From assembly GCA_965116925.1 (NCBI GenBank), contig OZ220744.1, positions 5,024,001 to 5,088,000 of the forward strand: a DNA stretch of 64,000 nt, written 5' to 3'. This stretch comes from Candidatus Poribacteria bacterium (lineage in GTDB: Bacteria; Poribacteria; WGA-4E; PCPOR2b). Of this stretch, positions 37,650-47,528 are shown in pieces. The position numbers and the translations under genes are program-made. Every line of letters starts with the position of its first letter. Within the stretch, counting starts at the first letter, position 1. The notes under the pieces were generated by a model. It saw only the letters and a list, made by a program, of their open reading frames with translations. It searched no databases and was not told the origin of the DNA.

Positions 37650-38915
37650 GTGAGTGAGAAGATTCGATTAGCTATTGTTGGCTGTGGGGGCATGGGGCAC
37701 CGTCACCTGTACGGGCTCGCAGAGCTGCATCGTGTAGGGTGGGAACGGTTTGAACTCGTTGGGGCGTGCGATCCGGTACGCGATAACGCCGAATCTCTTG
37801 CCGACCAAGCAGCAACACATTTTGGGGAGCGACCAACTGTCGTTGAGGATCTGAATGGACTGGCGGCGTTGAATGTTGAGGCGGTTGACGTAACGACCAC
37901 ACCACGATACCACCACACAGTTGCTGTTGAGACGCTGGAGCGAGGTTGGCATACGATGGTCGAGAAACCGATGGGACTGACCGTCCGGGCGTGTAACCTC
38001 ATCGCACGCGCAGCGGAGGGATCCGACGCAATTTTAAGCGTGGCGGAGAACTATCGACGAGACCCCATCAACCGTTTGGCGAAGGCACTGATAGATGCCG
38101 GCATCATTGGTACGCCACGCTTTCTCATCCACCACGCTATCGGCGGTGGCGATCGGATGTTAATCTCTGTCTGGCGTCACCAAAAAGACCAAAGTGGTAT
38201 ACTGCTTGATGTCGGTGTTCACCACTCGGATATGATGGAGTACCTGCTGGGTGATATTGAAACGGTGTACGCGAAGACAAGACTCCATGAACCCATCCGC
38301 AAGAATCCCGCAGCGGGTGGAGGAGAAGCTGGATCAAATCCCGGCGGCGTCTATGGCCGTTGGCAAGTAAAGATGCCCGCCGAATTTGAAGCGACCGCCG
38401 AGGATGCCGCTTATGCAACATTGACTTTCAAAAACGGTGCGGTGGGGCAGTACATCGAAGACCACGCCGGTCGTGGTCAAGGTGTGTGGTCACGACAAGT
38501 TTACGGCTCGCGTGGTTCGATGAGTTTGCCGGGCGATCGCAGTGGGGGGAATATCGTACTAAACATTGATGGCGAATCCCCTATTGATGATGAAAAGATC
38601 CTAGAGTATGTCCCTGATTTTCAACTTGATGCCGTGACATCAGATTTGTGGGGCGAAAATCGGCTGTGGCGTTATGAATTCCCGTTCCCTGAAATAGATC
38701 GAAAAATTATCGCTATCGAATACGGAGATTTTGCACAAGCGATAGGGGGAGAGCATCCGGTCGAAGTGGACGCAGCGCAAGGGACGCGATCTGTCGCTGT
38801 CTCTTACGGGATACTGGAGTCCGGTGAAATTGGACGTATCGTCACCATTGACGAAATGCTTGCCGAGCGGGTAGATGACTATCAGCAGGGGATTAACGAG
38901 AGCCTAGGAATATAA
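37650..38915 (+). CDS. Gfo/Idh/MocA family oxidoreductase
   Basis: AIVGCGGMG, VEKPM, AENYR, LLDVGVHHSD. Confidence 0.92.
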   Translation: MSEKIRLAIVGCGGMGHRHLYGLAELHRVGWERFELVGACDPVRDNAESLADQAATHFGERPTVVEDLNGLAALNVEAVDVTTTPRYHHTVAVETLERGWHTMVEKPMGLTVRACNLIARAAEGSDAILSVAENYRRDPINRLAKALIDAGIIGTPRFLIHHAIGGGDRMLISVWRHQKDQSGILLDVGVHHSDMMEYLLGDIETVYAKTRLHEPIRKNPAAGGGEAGSNPGGVYGRWQVKMPAEFEATAEDAAYATLTFKNGAVGQYIEDHAGRGQGVWSRQVYGSRGSMSLPGDRSGGNIVLNIDGESPIDDEKILEYVPDFQLDAVTSDLWGENRLWRYEFPFPEIDRKIIAIEYGDFAQAIGGEHPVEVDAAQGTRSVAVSYGILESGEIGRIVTIDEMLAERVDDYQQGINESLGI

Positions 38916-38943
38916 TAATCGAAAATTGGGATAGAGGTGGAAT

Positions 38944-40392
38944 ATGGCAACTCGATCGGCGGAAGACTACAAGGTGGGCTTAAACGATGGTCGTACCCTA
39001 TTCTTTAAGGGGAATCGTGTAGAGGATGTCACCCGTCATCCAGATCTGAAGGTTGGAATGGAGCACGCCTCACTCGATTTTGCGCTCGCTGAGGATGCGG
39101 CGTATCGGGATTTGATGACCGTCAAGATTCCTGATACGGGTGAAACGATCAGCCGGTATTTTGTAAGCCCTACCAACACAGACGATCTGCTCAAACGGCG
39201 CGAGATGATCGAAACCAGCACTCGGCTTGGCGGTGGAGTGGTGTTGCTAATCAAAGAGATTGGAACAGACGCGCTCTTTGCGCTATCCTTGGTCGCCAAA
39301 CGGGTTGATGAGCGGTACGGCACGGATTATCTCAAGCGGGTGGAGGCGTATCACCAGCACTGTCAGCGGGAAGATCTCAGCATGGCGGTCGCACAGACCG
39401 ATGTGAAGGGCGATCGAAGCCTAGCCCCCTCCGAGCAGACACATCCGGATTACTACGTGCGTGTCGTTGAAGAACGGGAGGATGGAATAGTTGTCCGGGG
39501 CGCGAAAGCACATACCACCTGCGCGCCCTATGTGGATGAGATCATTGTGCTGCCGACACGAAATCTGACGGAACAGGATAAAGATTACGCCCTCGCCTTT
39601 GCTGTCCCCGCCAATACCCCCGGCTTAAAAATGATTGTCAGCCCCTTTGGTGCCTCGTCATCCAGCGATTTTCATAATCCTGTCAGTGCCCATCACCGGA
39701 TGATTGAAAGCCTGACAATCTTCGACGACGTTTTCGTTCCAAAAGAACGGGTTTTCATGAATGGAGAATGGGATTTTGCGGGTGGATTAGCCACCACCTT
39801 CGTCCAATTCCACCGGTTTACCGCTGTCTCTTACAAGCCACCGCTGTGTGATCTCCTAACCGGTGCCGCCGCATTAATCGCTGAACACAACGGCATCAGC
39901 CGTGCAAGCCATGTTCGGGAGAAGTTGATGCACCTGATTAACTACGCCGAGACAGTTCGCGCCCTAAGTAAAGCCGCCGCTGTCGATTGCGTCCAGATCG
40001 ATGGGGTAGCGATTCCCAATTCGATTATTACTAATGTTGCCAAATTTTACTTTGCTAGCAACTATCACCAAATAGTCAGTTACGTGCAGGATATCGCCGG
40101 TGGGCTTGTGGTCACTGGACCTTCAGAGGAAGATGTCGCGAACCCTGAAACCCGAGATTATATCGAAAAATACTTGGGCGGAGCCGCGGGGGTTCCAACA
40201 TTAGATCGTCTCAAGTTGGTGAACCTGATTCGGGACCTGACCGCTTCTGATTTTGGCGGTTACAATGAACTCCTTGCCATCCACGCTGAAGGTTCCCTTG
40301 AAGCACAAAAAATTACAATTTATCGGGAGTATGACTTGGAGCGGTGTAAATCCTTGGCTAAACAGGCGGCGGGGATAGGGGATAGCGCGTAG
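38944..40392 (+). CDS. 4-hydroxyphenylacetate 3-hydroxylase / 4-hydroxybutyryl-CoA dehydratase (HpaB/AbfD) family flavoprotein
   Basis: AQTDVKGDRS..P..Q.HPD, GIVVRGAKAH, FDDVFVP.ERVF, DIAGGL, HAEGS. Confidence 0.88.
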   Translation: MATRSAEDYKVGLNDGRTLFFKGNRVEDVTRHPDLKVGMEHASLDFALAEDAAYRDLMTVKIPDTGETISRYFVSPTNTDDLLKRREMIETSTRLGGGVVLLIKEIGTDALFALSLVAKRVDERYGTDYLKRVEAYHQHCQREDLSMAVAQTDVKGDRSLAPSEQTHPDYYVRVVEEREDGIVVRGAKAHTTCAPYVDEIIVLPTRNLTEQDKDYALAFAVPANTPGLKMIVSPFGASSSSDFHNPVSAHHRMIESLTIFDDVFVPKERVFMNGEWDFAGGLATTFVQFHRFTAVSYKPPLCDLLTGAAALIAEHNGISRASHVREKLMHLINYAETVRALSKAAAVDCVQIDGVAIPNSIITNVAKFYFASNYHQIVSYVQDIAGGLVVTGPSEEDVANPETRDYIEKYLGGAAGVPTLDRLKLVNLIRDLTASDFGGYNELLAIHAEGSLEAQKITIYREYDLERCKSLAKQAAGIGDSA

Positions 40393-40410
40393 CAGGACAG
40401 GTGCTCCGTT

Positions 40411-40454
40411 AAGGTTGGAAGATTGGAAGGATAGGAGGTTGGAAGGATGGAAGG
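40411..40454. repeat. Octamer tandem repeat, GGAAG(G/A)(T/A)T-like
   Basis: aaggttggaagattggaaggataggaggttggaaggatggaagg. Confidence 0.65.
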
Positions 40455-41226
40455 AGGGAAAAGTCCGTCTGTGTTTGACCTCACCGGTCAACGGGCAATC
40501 GTAACCGGCGCATCACGGGGGTTGGGTCGTCACTTTGCCCTTACACTGGCACGGGCCGGAGCGCAGGTGGCTCTGGCTGCCCGTGGAATTGACCGGTTGG
40601 AGACCGCTGTCAAGGAAATTGAAAGGTTCGGTGGTTGTGCGGTTGCGATCCAAGTTGATGTGGCTGACAGAGAGAGCGTCAGGTCATGCGTCGAAACGGC
40701 GGAAAATGCGCTCGGACCAATTGATATTCTCATCAATAACGCCGGTATTGCCGTGACCAAGCCGATGCTTGAACACACCGAGGAGGATTGGGATTCGGTG
40801 CTTGACACAAATCTCAAGGGAGTTTGGCTGATAGCACAGGAGGTAGCGCGGCGTATGGTTCACCGCGGACAGGGTGGGAGCATCATCAATATCGCATCGG
40901 TACTCGGAGAACGTGGGATCGCCCAATTGCCGGGATACTGCGCTTCCAAGGGCGGGATTATCAGCCTGACGCGAGCGATGGCGGTCGAGTTGGCACCGCA
41001 TGGGATACGGGTCAACGCGATTGCACCCGGTTATATTGAAACCGATATGAACCGTCAATTCTTCACCACGCAGGCCGGTCAACGCCTGATTAAACGCATT
41101 CCTCAACGCCGATTGGGGCAGCCTAAAGACCTTGACGGAACATTACTACTGCTAGCTTCTGACGCATCTCGATATATGACCGGCAGCGTTATTACCATTG
41201 ATGGTGGTCAATCTGCCGCCCTGTAA
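40447..41226 (+). CDS. Short-chain dehydrogenase/reductase (SDR)
   Basis: TGASRGLG, NNAG, YCASK, IDGG; alternative start GTG 40471. Confidence 0.92.
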   Translation: MEGGKSPSVFDLTGQRAIVTGASRGLGRHFALTLARAGAQVALAARGIDRLETAVKEIERFGGCAVAIQVDVADRESVRSCVETAENALGPIDILINNAGIAVTKPMLEHTEEDWDSVLDTNLKGVWLIAQEVARRMVHRGQGGSIINIASVLGERGIAQLPGYCASKGGIISLTRAMAVELAPHGIRVNAIAPGYIETDMNRQFFTTQAGQRLIKRIPQRRLGQPKDLDGTLLLLASDASRYMTGSVITIDGGQSAAL

Positions 41227-41273
41227 GAGGCGTACCCTCCGAATCGTGATAGGTCGGAAATTGGATTTTCCTC

Positions 41274-41537
41274 CTAATTCGGTTTGTCTGATGACCGACG
41301 CAGTCTCGCGATGAAAATCACAAGAAGGGCAGCCGCATTGCCAGCAAGAAGCGCACTCAAAATACCTGTCAACAGAACAAACCCGCCGATGCGTATCACT
41401 CCCTCCCCAAATGGGCACGACCAGTACCCCTTGCCAAAGGCAAAGGCAGGAATTAACACTCCTAACAAAAACCCTACCACGGCAGCAATAACTGTAATAT
41501 TTTGATATTTTTTTATCGGTAAATGAACTTCTTGCAT
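41274..41537 (-). CDS. Small membrane protein, hypothetical
   Basis: 87 aa, two hydrophobic helices, GGAAGG upstream. Confidence 0.6.
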   Translation of the reverse strand: MQEVHLPIKKYQNITVIAAVVGFLLGVLIPAFAFGKGYWSCPFGEGVIRIGGFVLLTGILSALLAGNAAALLVIFIARLRRSSDKPN

Positions 41538-41778
41538 TCTGGTTTTTGCACCTTCCTTCTAATCTATTCTGTTTGGCTCATACTGAAAAATTGTCCGGTA
41601 GAAACCGTAGGGAACAACTCTCGGGCTCTCGGTCACAGACTGAAGGATCGTTGTTCCAGTACGATTCGACAATCATTGAACTCTACCAAAGCTTCGGCTG
41701 CTCTTTGGGTTTTCCCTTCCTTATCCGCATAAACCTCATAGGTAACTGTATCAGTGAACCTAAAATGGTTTTCACGTT

Positions 41779-42510
41779 TCACGCATCACGTTTCACTGTC
41801 GGTCTTGTGCGGGTTAGTGTCAGGACATCAACGCGGTCAGGGCTAGCAACTTGTAGTGCCTTGAGGGCTTCATTGATTGTTGTTCCCGTCGTAAAAATAT
41901 CATCAATCAGTAAGATCTTCCGACTCTGAATAGAATCCGGTGACCGAACTTCAAAAGCCCCAGCGATGTTTTTCCTCCGTTCTTCGTGGGAGCCCAGACT
42001 ACTCAATGGGACTGTGTCTCTAATACGAAAGAGAATATCAGTCCGGACTGGCACACCCCAAACCTGAGCAATGCCTTGAGCAATTTGTTCCGCTTGATTA
42101 AATCCTCGCTGCCGAAGACGGTTTGTATGGAGGGGAATTGGGAGCAGGAAATCGTAGCCTGTGGAAGCAAGATCTTCAGGAAGGTGCGTCTGCAGCAATT
42201 GGTTCAGGTGTTTTGAGATAACCTGTTTCTTCTCATATTTCATCAGATGGACCGCTTCACGCAGGGTGGGTTCGTAAAAGGCAATCGATCGGAGCTTCCC
42301 AAATAGAGGAGGATGCTCGCGACAATCTGCACAAACAGCACTCCAGCAAGGCAGCCCACAAATCTGACACCAAGGAGGCTTGAGCAATTCGATCTGTTCC
42401 CAACAGTCATTACAGAGATAGTGCACCTTACCTACGCCCATTGGTGTCTCACAGCGTCGGCATTTTGCAGGAAATACAAACGTGATCAAAGGTATCAGCC
42501 ATCTGTTCAT
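41779..42510 (-). CDS. comF: ComF family protein (zinc ribbon plus phosphoribosyltransferase)
   Basis: Four CxxC pairs, PIPLH..RL..RGFNQ, LLIDDIFTTGTT. Confidence 0.9.
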   Translation of the reverse strand: MNRWLIPLITFVFPAKCRRCETPMGVGKVHYLCNDCWEQIELLKPPWCQICGLPCWSAVCADCREHPPLFGKLRSIAFYEPTLREAVHLMKYEKKQVISKHLNQLLQTHLPEDLASTGYDFLLPIPLHTNRLRQRGFNQAEQIAQGIAQVWGVPVRTDILFRIRDTVPLSSLGSHEERRKNIAGAFEVRSPDSIQSRKILLIDDIFTTGTTINEALKALQVASPDRVDVLTLTRTRPTVKRDA

Positions 42511-43952
42511 GTTTTCACTTCTATTCCCAATTTTTTTATCTTCTGCAGTAATGTTGTACGGCTGATTCCTAGGAATTTTGCTGATTTCGTCTGATTGTCT
42601 TCAACCTCCTCAAGGATGCACTTGATTAGCGTGCGATCAACGGCATCAATGACTTCGTCGTAGAGTGCTTCATGCGCTCGTGCTACAGCGTCTCTGACGG
42701 TTTCTTTCAATACGGATTCAAGCACTATTTCGAGACGAGATTGGGTTGATTCACGCCTTCCTTTGTAATTTAAAATTTCTGGTGGAAGGTGTTCTGGCAG
42801 GATGACATCTGCCCGTGAAAGGACAGCCGCACTTTTAACCGTGTTCTCTAGCTCCCGCACATTTCCGGGCCAATCGTACTGTTGTAAGAGTTCCATACAG
42901 CCCGGCGAAATCCCTCGAACGTTTTGCCCAACCTCGGTGCTGGCAGCCTGTAGAAAGTGATCGACCAGCAGCGGGATATCCGCAGCCCGTTCGCGCAAGG
43001 GTGGAAGGTTAATTGAAAGCAGGTTGAAGCGATAGTAGAGATCTTCACGAAACTTACCCAGTCTGACCTCTTCAGCGAGATCCTGATTGGTTGCAGCGAT
43101 GATACGGACATCCACCTTCAGTGGACGCGTGCCGCCCAGCCTTTCTATTTCCTGTTCCTGCAAAGCCCGTTGCAGTTTTACTTGTAGCACCGGGCTCATA
43201 TTACTAACCTCATCAAGAAACAGGGTGCCGCCATCCGCGAGTTCAAACCTGCCGGGCTTGCCTTTGGCGTTTGCACCTGTAAACGCGCCCGCTTCATAGC
43301 CGAAGAGTTCGCTCTCAAGCAGATCGTCGGGGAGTGCACCACAGTTGACAGGGACGAAGCTTTTATCCTTTCGTGAACTGTTAGAATGGATGGAGCGCGC
43401 AATTAACTCTTTTCCTGTTCCACTTTCACCTTCTATCAGTACTGTGACAGTGTTATTCGCTATCATCCCGATCAGTTTATAAATTTCCTGCATCTGTGGA
43501 CTTCTACCGATTAAGCGATGTTCCTGTGGCTGTGCTGGTAATTCGACCTCCTCCGAGGGGAGTTCAGTAGGCGGCATTTTACTGCGCTCAACCTGCATCT
43601 GTGTGGCGCGGTCGAAAATTGCTTTCACCTGATCCAGATCGATTGGCTTGGGAATGAAATCGAACGCATGCAGCTGCATCGCTTGGATAGTTGTTTCCAC
43701 ATTATCGTATGCTGTCATTACGATCACGACTGTATCCGGCTGCAGCACTTTGATCTGCTTCAACGCTTCAAGCCCATTCATGCCGGGCAATCGTACATCG
43801 AGCAGAACGATATCCGGAGTTTCCGACTGAATCTTTCGCAAGCCTTCCTCTGCATTGTTGGCGATAATGGATCGGTGCCCCTCATCTGTCAAAAATTGCT
43901 CGAAAGCCCAACAGATTTTTTCATCATCATCAATGACTAAGATATTTTTCAT
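42507..43952 (-). CDS. Sigma-54-dependent response regulator (NtrC/AtoC family)
   Basis: Receiver domain (DDD, LLDVRLP), GESGTGKE, GAFTGA, Fis-type HTH. Confidence 0.95.
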   Translation of the reverse strand: MKNILVIDDDEKICWAFEQFLTDEGHRSIIANNAEEGLRKIQSETPDIVLLDVRLPGMNGLEALKQIKVLQPDTVVIVMTAYDNVETTIQAMQLHAFDFIPKPIDLDQVKAIFDRATQMQVERSKMPPTELPSEEVELPAQPQEHRLIGRSPQMQEIYKLIGMIANNTVTVLIEGESGTGKELIARSIHSNSSRKDKSFVPVNCGALPDDLLESELFGYEAGAFTGANAKGKPGRFELADGGTLFLDEVSNMSPVLQVKLQRALQEQEIERLGGTRPLKVDVRIIAATNQDLAEEVRLGKFREDLYYRFNLLSINLPPLRERAADIPLLVDHFLQAASTEVGQNVRGISPGCMELLQQYDWPGNVRELENTVKSAAVLSRADVILPEHLPPEILNYKGRRESTQSRLEIVLESVLKETVRDAVARAHEALYDEVIDAVDRTLIKCILEEVEDNQTKSAKFLGISRTTLLQKIKKLGIEVKT

Positions 43953-43992
43953 GGCAATCCCCTTTGCCTGATTTACTGTTTCGCCGATTCTT

Positions 43993-46458
43993 TTATTTTT
44001 TTATTTCTACCGATACCGAGTCTGAATACGGAAAATCCGATTCAATTGTCTGATGAGCATACCCTGCTGCCTCAACCGCGATGCGATACCGGCGTGCGTG
44101 AACTCCGTGGAAAGTGGTTTTTCCAGCTCGATTTGTTACTAACGGAAAGGTACTATCTAACGCAACCCTTGCACCAGCCACCGGTTTCTGTGAAGCCGCA
44201 TCAACGATCCGAATTTCAAGTTCCTTTTGAGGTAAGACTTCATCTATTGTGCCGGAGTTGAGTTCTTCGTCAGACAATCTAGCTTTTTTCAAAAATTTCC
44301 ACGTTCCCAAAAAGATTGCATACGCCTCCCGTACGATCAAGGCAGGCGAGTCCACAGGTTCGTGGAGATGTGGATGATCGATAGAACGGATCTCGAGCGC
44401 AAGTGCTATTTTGTTAGTTGACCGAATCTCCGGCGATTCGTCATCTCCATACGTTTCAACCGGTGTCTGAAAAAGTGCCATGTTAAATCCATTAAGTATC
44501 GCTTTAAGGTAGTCTTCCGCGACTTGATTCCCCGGATAACCTGTAGCGATTACCGATGGTTCGCCTTCGACCCGAGCACCGTGATCAATTCGGAGGTAGT
44601 ATCCGTCATGTTTAACGGCGTTGATTATTTTGACCCGTTTCGAGACAGGGATCTTCTCATCTTTTTCTCTAACAAGGTGAACGCTTGCTCCAGCAAGTTC
44701 CAGCATCTCCTTGAGTGCTTTTGCCACAGCGAGATTCAGATCTGCGGGAGCAAGGGGATTGATGACAGGTGTTCCGCGTTCTGAACCGCCGTAGCGGGCA
44801 TCAAGGACAAAGACTTTCCCAATAAGTGTACCGTCTGCAATCGGATGTAGTTGGGGATGGAGGACCTGCGCCCTATTTGAAGTTGCGTTGGTCTCTAGTC
44901 GGAGGTTGTAGTAGCCAGCTTTTGAAATGTTAAGGGTTACGTCCCCCGGCAAAACGTTAGCGAAAAAGAAGTGTCCATCCGGATTGGTTGTTGTCCTGTT
45001 CTTTTTTTTCACTAACTGTACAGCTGCATCTGTGATGGTGCTGCCAGAAACATCGCGGACGCTGCCCTGAACAATCCCGCCGCGAATTTTCTCAAAACGG
45101 ATCGTGATGGTTTCTGACCTGTTTTTGTATGCAACCTTCACCTGTGCACGACCCGGCTGTGGCTGTGTTGCATCCGTGTGCAGGTAAAATCGCGCTTCTC
45201 CGTTCTGTGAGAGGCTTTCGGTCTTAGCAAGCCGCCCAATTGATGTCTGAGCGTGAATCGGTTCGTCATCTGCGATTGGTAGACCATTTTTGTCCAGAGC
45301 GGTGGCGGTAATACCGACATAGCTCGCGCCATCAGGAGGAAGGGTTTTCGTCCATGCGCGAAGTTTCAACTTTGCGGCGCGTGGGGCAACTTTGAACCAC
45401 TGTTCACCCGGCAGGCTATGATTCCCGTAGTAGTTTACAAGATTAGTTTCGACAAGGTGCACGCCGTTGGAAAGCGGTTTCGGCGGGGTGATCACAATGA
45501 GATCCTCGCCACGGAGATACTGATGGGGAACAACAACGCCATCAAGTTTTACGCGGATGGAATCGGAGAAGACCTGTTGCCTTTTGAGCATCCACGCACC
45601 ACGTTCATGCAAGCCATCCGCTACACGAATCTGGATGCGCGGTGTTTTGGTTTCGACAGATGATTCTGGTATTGGTGTCAGCAGGATACCCTTCGGAAAC
45701 CCCGCTGCAACGTAACGCGCAATCCCGATAAAATAGCCGTAAGCCTCACGCTTGTTGTATGACTCCTTTTTCAAACGTTGCTCTTCTTCAGGATTGGAAT
45801 AAAACGATGCTTCCACCAAAATAGCAGGACCCTTTGTTTGACGGAGTACGCCGAATCCGGACGGTATTACCAATCGATCCGAATAGAGTCCTGTCGGCGT
45901 GAATTGCGGCAGGCGCAGCGCATCAGCGACGCTCTGCTGCACATACCGGGCGAGATCTAAACTGGCGCGGGAATCATCTGCGTCCTGATGATACCATGTG
46001 GAGGTATAATTGGTTTCGGGGTCACTGAACGAATTATGATGGAGGGAAATAAAAAAATCGACAGCGTTCTTATTGGCGATTTCACTGCGATCCGGGAGGC
46101 TAACGAAGGAATCATCGGTGCGCGTCATGAAAACACTCGCGCCTGCCTCCTTCAGAAATTCGCGCAGATGCAATGCCACGCGTAGGTTCACCTCTGCCTC
46201 GCGGAGTCCAGTTGGTCCGCGCTTGTAATTCAGCAGGTAAGCCTGTCCACCGTGTCCTGGATCTAAACAAATTTTAATTCCCTCAAGGTAACGGGCATAA
46301 GGCGGAATCCCGAAGTTGGCTTGAGGGAGCTTGCGCCATTCATTGAGTTCCTCAAGTTCACTGAGTGCTTCAGGTTTTTCGTGTTTTTCGCCACAGCCAG
46401 TCAATACAATTGATGCAATGCAGATGAGGGAAAGGAGAGGCTTTTTCAGACGTATCAT
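43993..46458 (-). CDS. N-acetylmuramoyl-L-alanine amidase lipoprotein (two Amidase_3 domains plus Ig-like and carboxypeptidase-regulatory-like domains)
   Basis: Lipobox LTGC; LDPGHGG, EAEVNL, SLHHN, ILVEASF; second domain degenerate (LDARYGG). Confidence 0.88.
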   Translation of the reverse strand: MIRLKKPLLSLICIASIVLTGCGEKHEKPEALSELEELNEWRKLPQANFGIPPYARYLEGIKICLDPGHGGQAYLLNYKRGPTGLREAEVNLRVALHLREFLKEAGASVFMTRTDDSFVSLPDRSEIANKNAVDFFISLHHNSFSDPETNYTSTWYHQDADDSRASLDLARYVQQSVADALRLPQFTPTGLYSDRLVIPSGFGVLRQTKGPAILVEASFYSNPEEEQRLKKESYNKREAYGYFIGIARYVAAGFPKGILLTPIPESSVETKTPRIQIRVADGLHERGAWMLKRQQVFSDSIRVKLDGVVVPHQYLRGEDLIVITPPKPLSNGVHLVETNLVNYYGNHSLPGEQWFKVAPRAAKLKLRAWTKTLPPDGASYVGITATALDKNGLPIADDEPIHAQTSIGRLAKTESLSQNGEARFYLHTDATQPQPGRAQVKVAYKNRSETITIRFEKIRGGIVQGSVRDVSGSTITDAAVQLVKKKNRTTTNPDGHFFFANVLPGDVTLNISKAGYYNLRLETNATSNRAQVLHPQLHPIADGTLIGKVFVLDARYGGSERGTPVINPLAPADLNLAVAKALKEMLELAGASVHLVREKDEKIPVSKRVKIINAVKHDGYYLRIDHGARVEGEPSVIATGYPGNQVAEDYLKAILNGFNMALFQTPVETYGDDESPEIRSTNKIALALEIRSIDHPHLHEPVDSPALIVREAYAIFLGTWKFLKKARLSDEELNSGTIDEVLPQKELEIRIVDAASQKPVAGARVALDSTFPLVTNRAGKTTFHGVHARRYRIAVEAAGYAHQTIESDFPYSDSVSVEIKK

Positions 46459-46515
46459 TCTGTCGCAACCTCGCAGGGAAAACGTGCCACCTCTCAAATC
46501 TCATTAATCTGTCGA

Positions 46516-47043
46516 CTAGGAATCTTTTTGTAGTGCTTTCTGGTAGAGTGCGGTTCCGTAAAACTCATAGGAAGCTGCTGTATCTGGAACATCAACTACA
46601 TGAACTGTAAACCGAGCGGGCACACCGTTTTCCGGTAGGTAGTCACGGAAAAAGTTACTATACGCTTGAGCATAGGCTTTACGTAGTCGTTCCTGCTCTG
46701 CTGCGTAACCCGCCGGATCGACAAGCGGATTTGGAGCTTTGGGTTGACAACCGAAGGCGTGAACCTCAATGAAATCTACGTCCTTCAGGGAATCACAAAT
46801 ACCCGCCTCTTTCAACCACGATTCCCAGCTTTTGAATACCAATGGAATCTCCCGCTCCGGATCCATCGAAACGAGTTCATCAAGGTTCAGAACTCCCTTT
46901 GCCGAATATCCTCCCGTTAGACCCGAAAAATAGATTTTCAAATCCCCGTCTGGCAACGTCTCGGTCACTAAAGGAGACAACACCGGATGATCACCTTGAT
47001 AGTAATAGGTCAATTTCCCGCGCTTTTTGACATTAAACGCCAT
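46516..47043 (-). CDS. Hypothetical protein, possibly a divergent RidA/YjgF fold
   Basis: YFSG, LKEAG..L.DV, Y..FF.....PARFTV.V..VP pattern; GGAGG RBS. Confidence 0.55.
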   Translation of the reverse strand: MAFNVKKRGKLTYYYQGDHPVLSPLVTETLPDGDLKIYFSGLTGGYSAKGVLNLDELVSMDPEREIPLVFKSWESWLKEAGICDSLKDVDFIEVHAFGCQPKAPNPLVDPAGYAAEQERLRKAYAQAYSNFFRDYLPENGVPARFTVHVVDVPDTAASYEFYGTALYQKALQKDS

Positions 47044-47072
47044 TCTATATTCCTCCGCTAAATCTGAACATC

Positions 47073-47104
47073 AAAAAAGCATCGAGGGGATACGCTCGAT
47101 GCTT
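47073..47104 (-). terminator. Intrinsic terminator-like hairpin
   Basis: AAGCATCGAG-loop-CTCGATGCTT followed by a T run on the minus strand. Confidence 0.65.
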
Positions 47105-47169
47105 GAGTATGCGTAAGTGCTGAAATAGATCTTTAACTTCAAAAAAAGCAGTGTCCTGTGCGAACACAA

Positions 47170-47349
47170 TTAACGTTTTTCTATGGTTCTGCCTACGAAG
47201 AAGATTAAGATTCCTACCACGAGGGAGCCTACCTCTACGCCCATAGCACCGTATTCACTCAAGCCGTAAGGATTGATACACCCGATATATAACCCTGCCC
47301 CCAGAAGCGACATCCCTATCAATTCTAATACTTTACCGATAATAAACAC
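47170..47349 (-). CDS. Small (59 aa) membrane protein with two transmembrane helices
   Basis: Manual translation from GTG 47349 with GGAG RBS: MFIIGKVLELIGMSLLGAGLYIG...GSLVVGILIFFVGRTIEKR*. Confidence 0.6.
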   Translation of the reverse strand: MFIIGKVLELIGMSLLGAGLYIGCINPYGLSEYGAMGVEVGSLVVGILIFFVGRTIEKR

Positions 47350-47404
47350 TGCGAGCTCCGCACACTTAGGTCTTGAGGTATCGGTGTTAATTGCCTAACT
47401 ACAT

Positions 47405-47512
47405 TATAGTGAATTCAAAAAAATAAATAGACACTTTCGCTCCCCAGTTTGGTAGGCGCTGTTTCCAACTGCGCCGATTTGGAGTGTTTCATTAATTCTA
47501 AAATCTACTATA
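47405..47512. mobile_element. MITE-like element, family B, with an internal GTAG REP
   Basis: TATAGTGAATTCAAAAAAATAAATAGACAC...GTGTTTCATTAATTCTAAAATCTACTATA. Confidence 0.75.
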
Positions 47513-47528
47513 AGTTGTTGCACGATCA

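Noticed and set aside
41540..41770. Short ORFs or a remnant between comF and the small membrane gene
   Set aside because: No consistent frame or recognisable motif.
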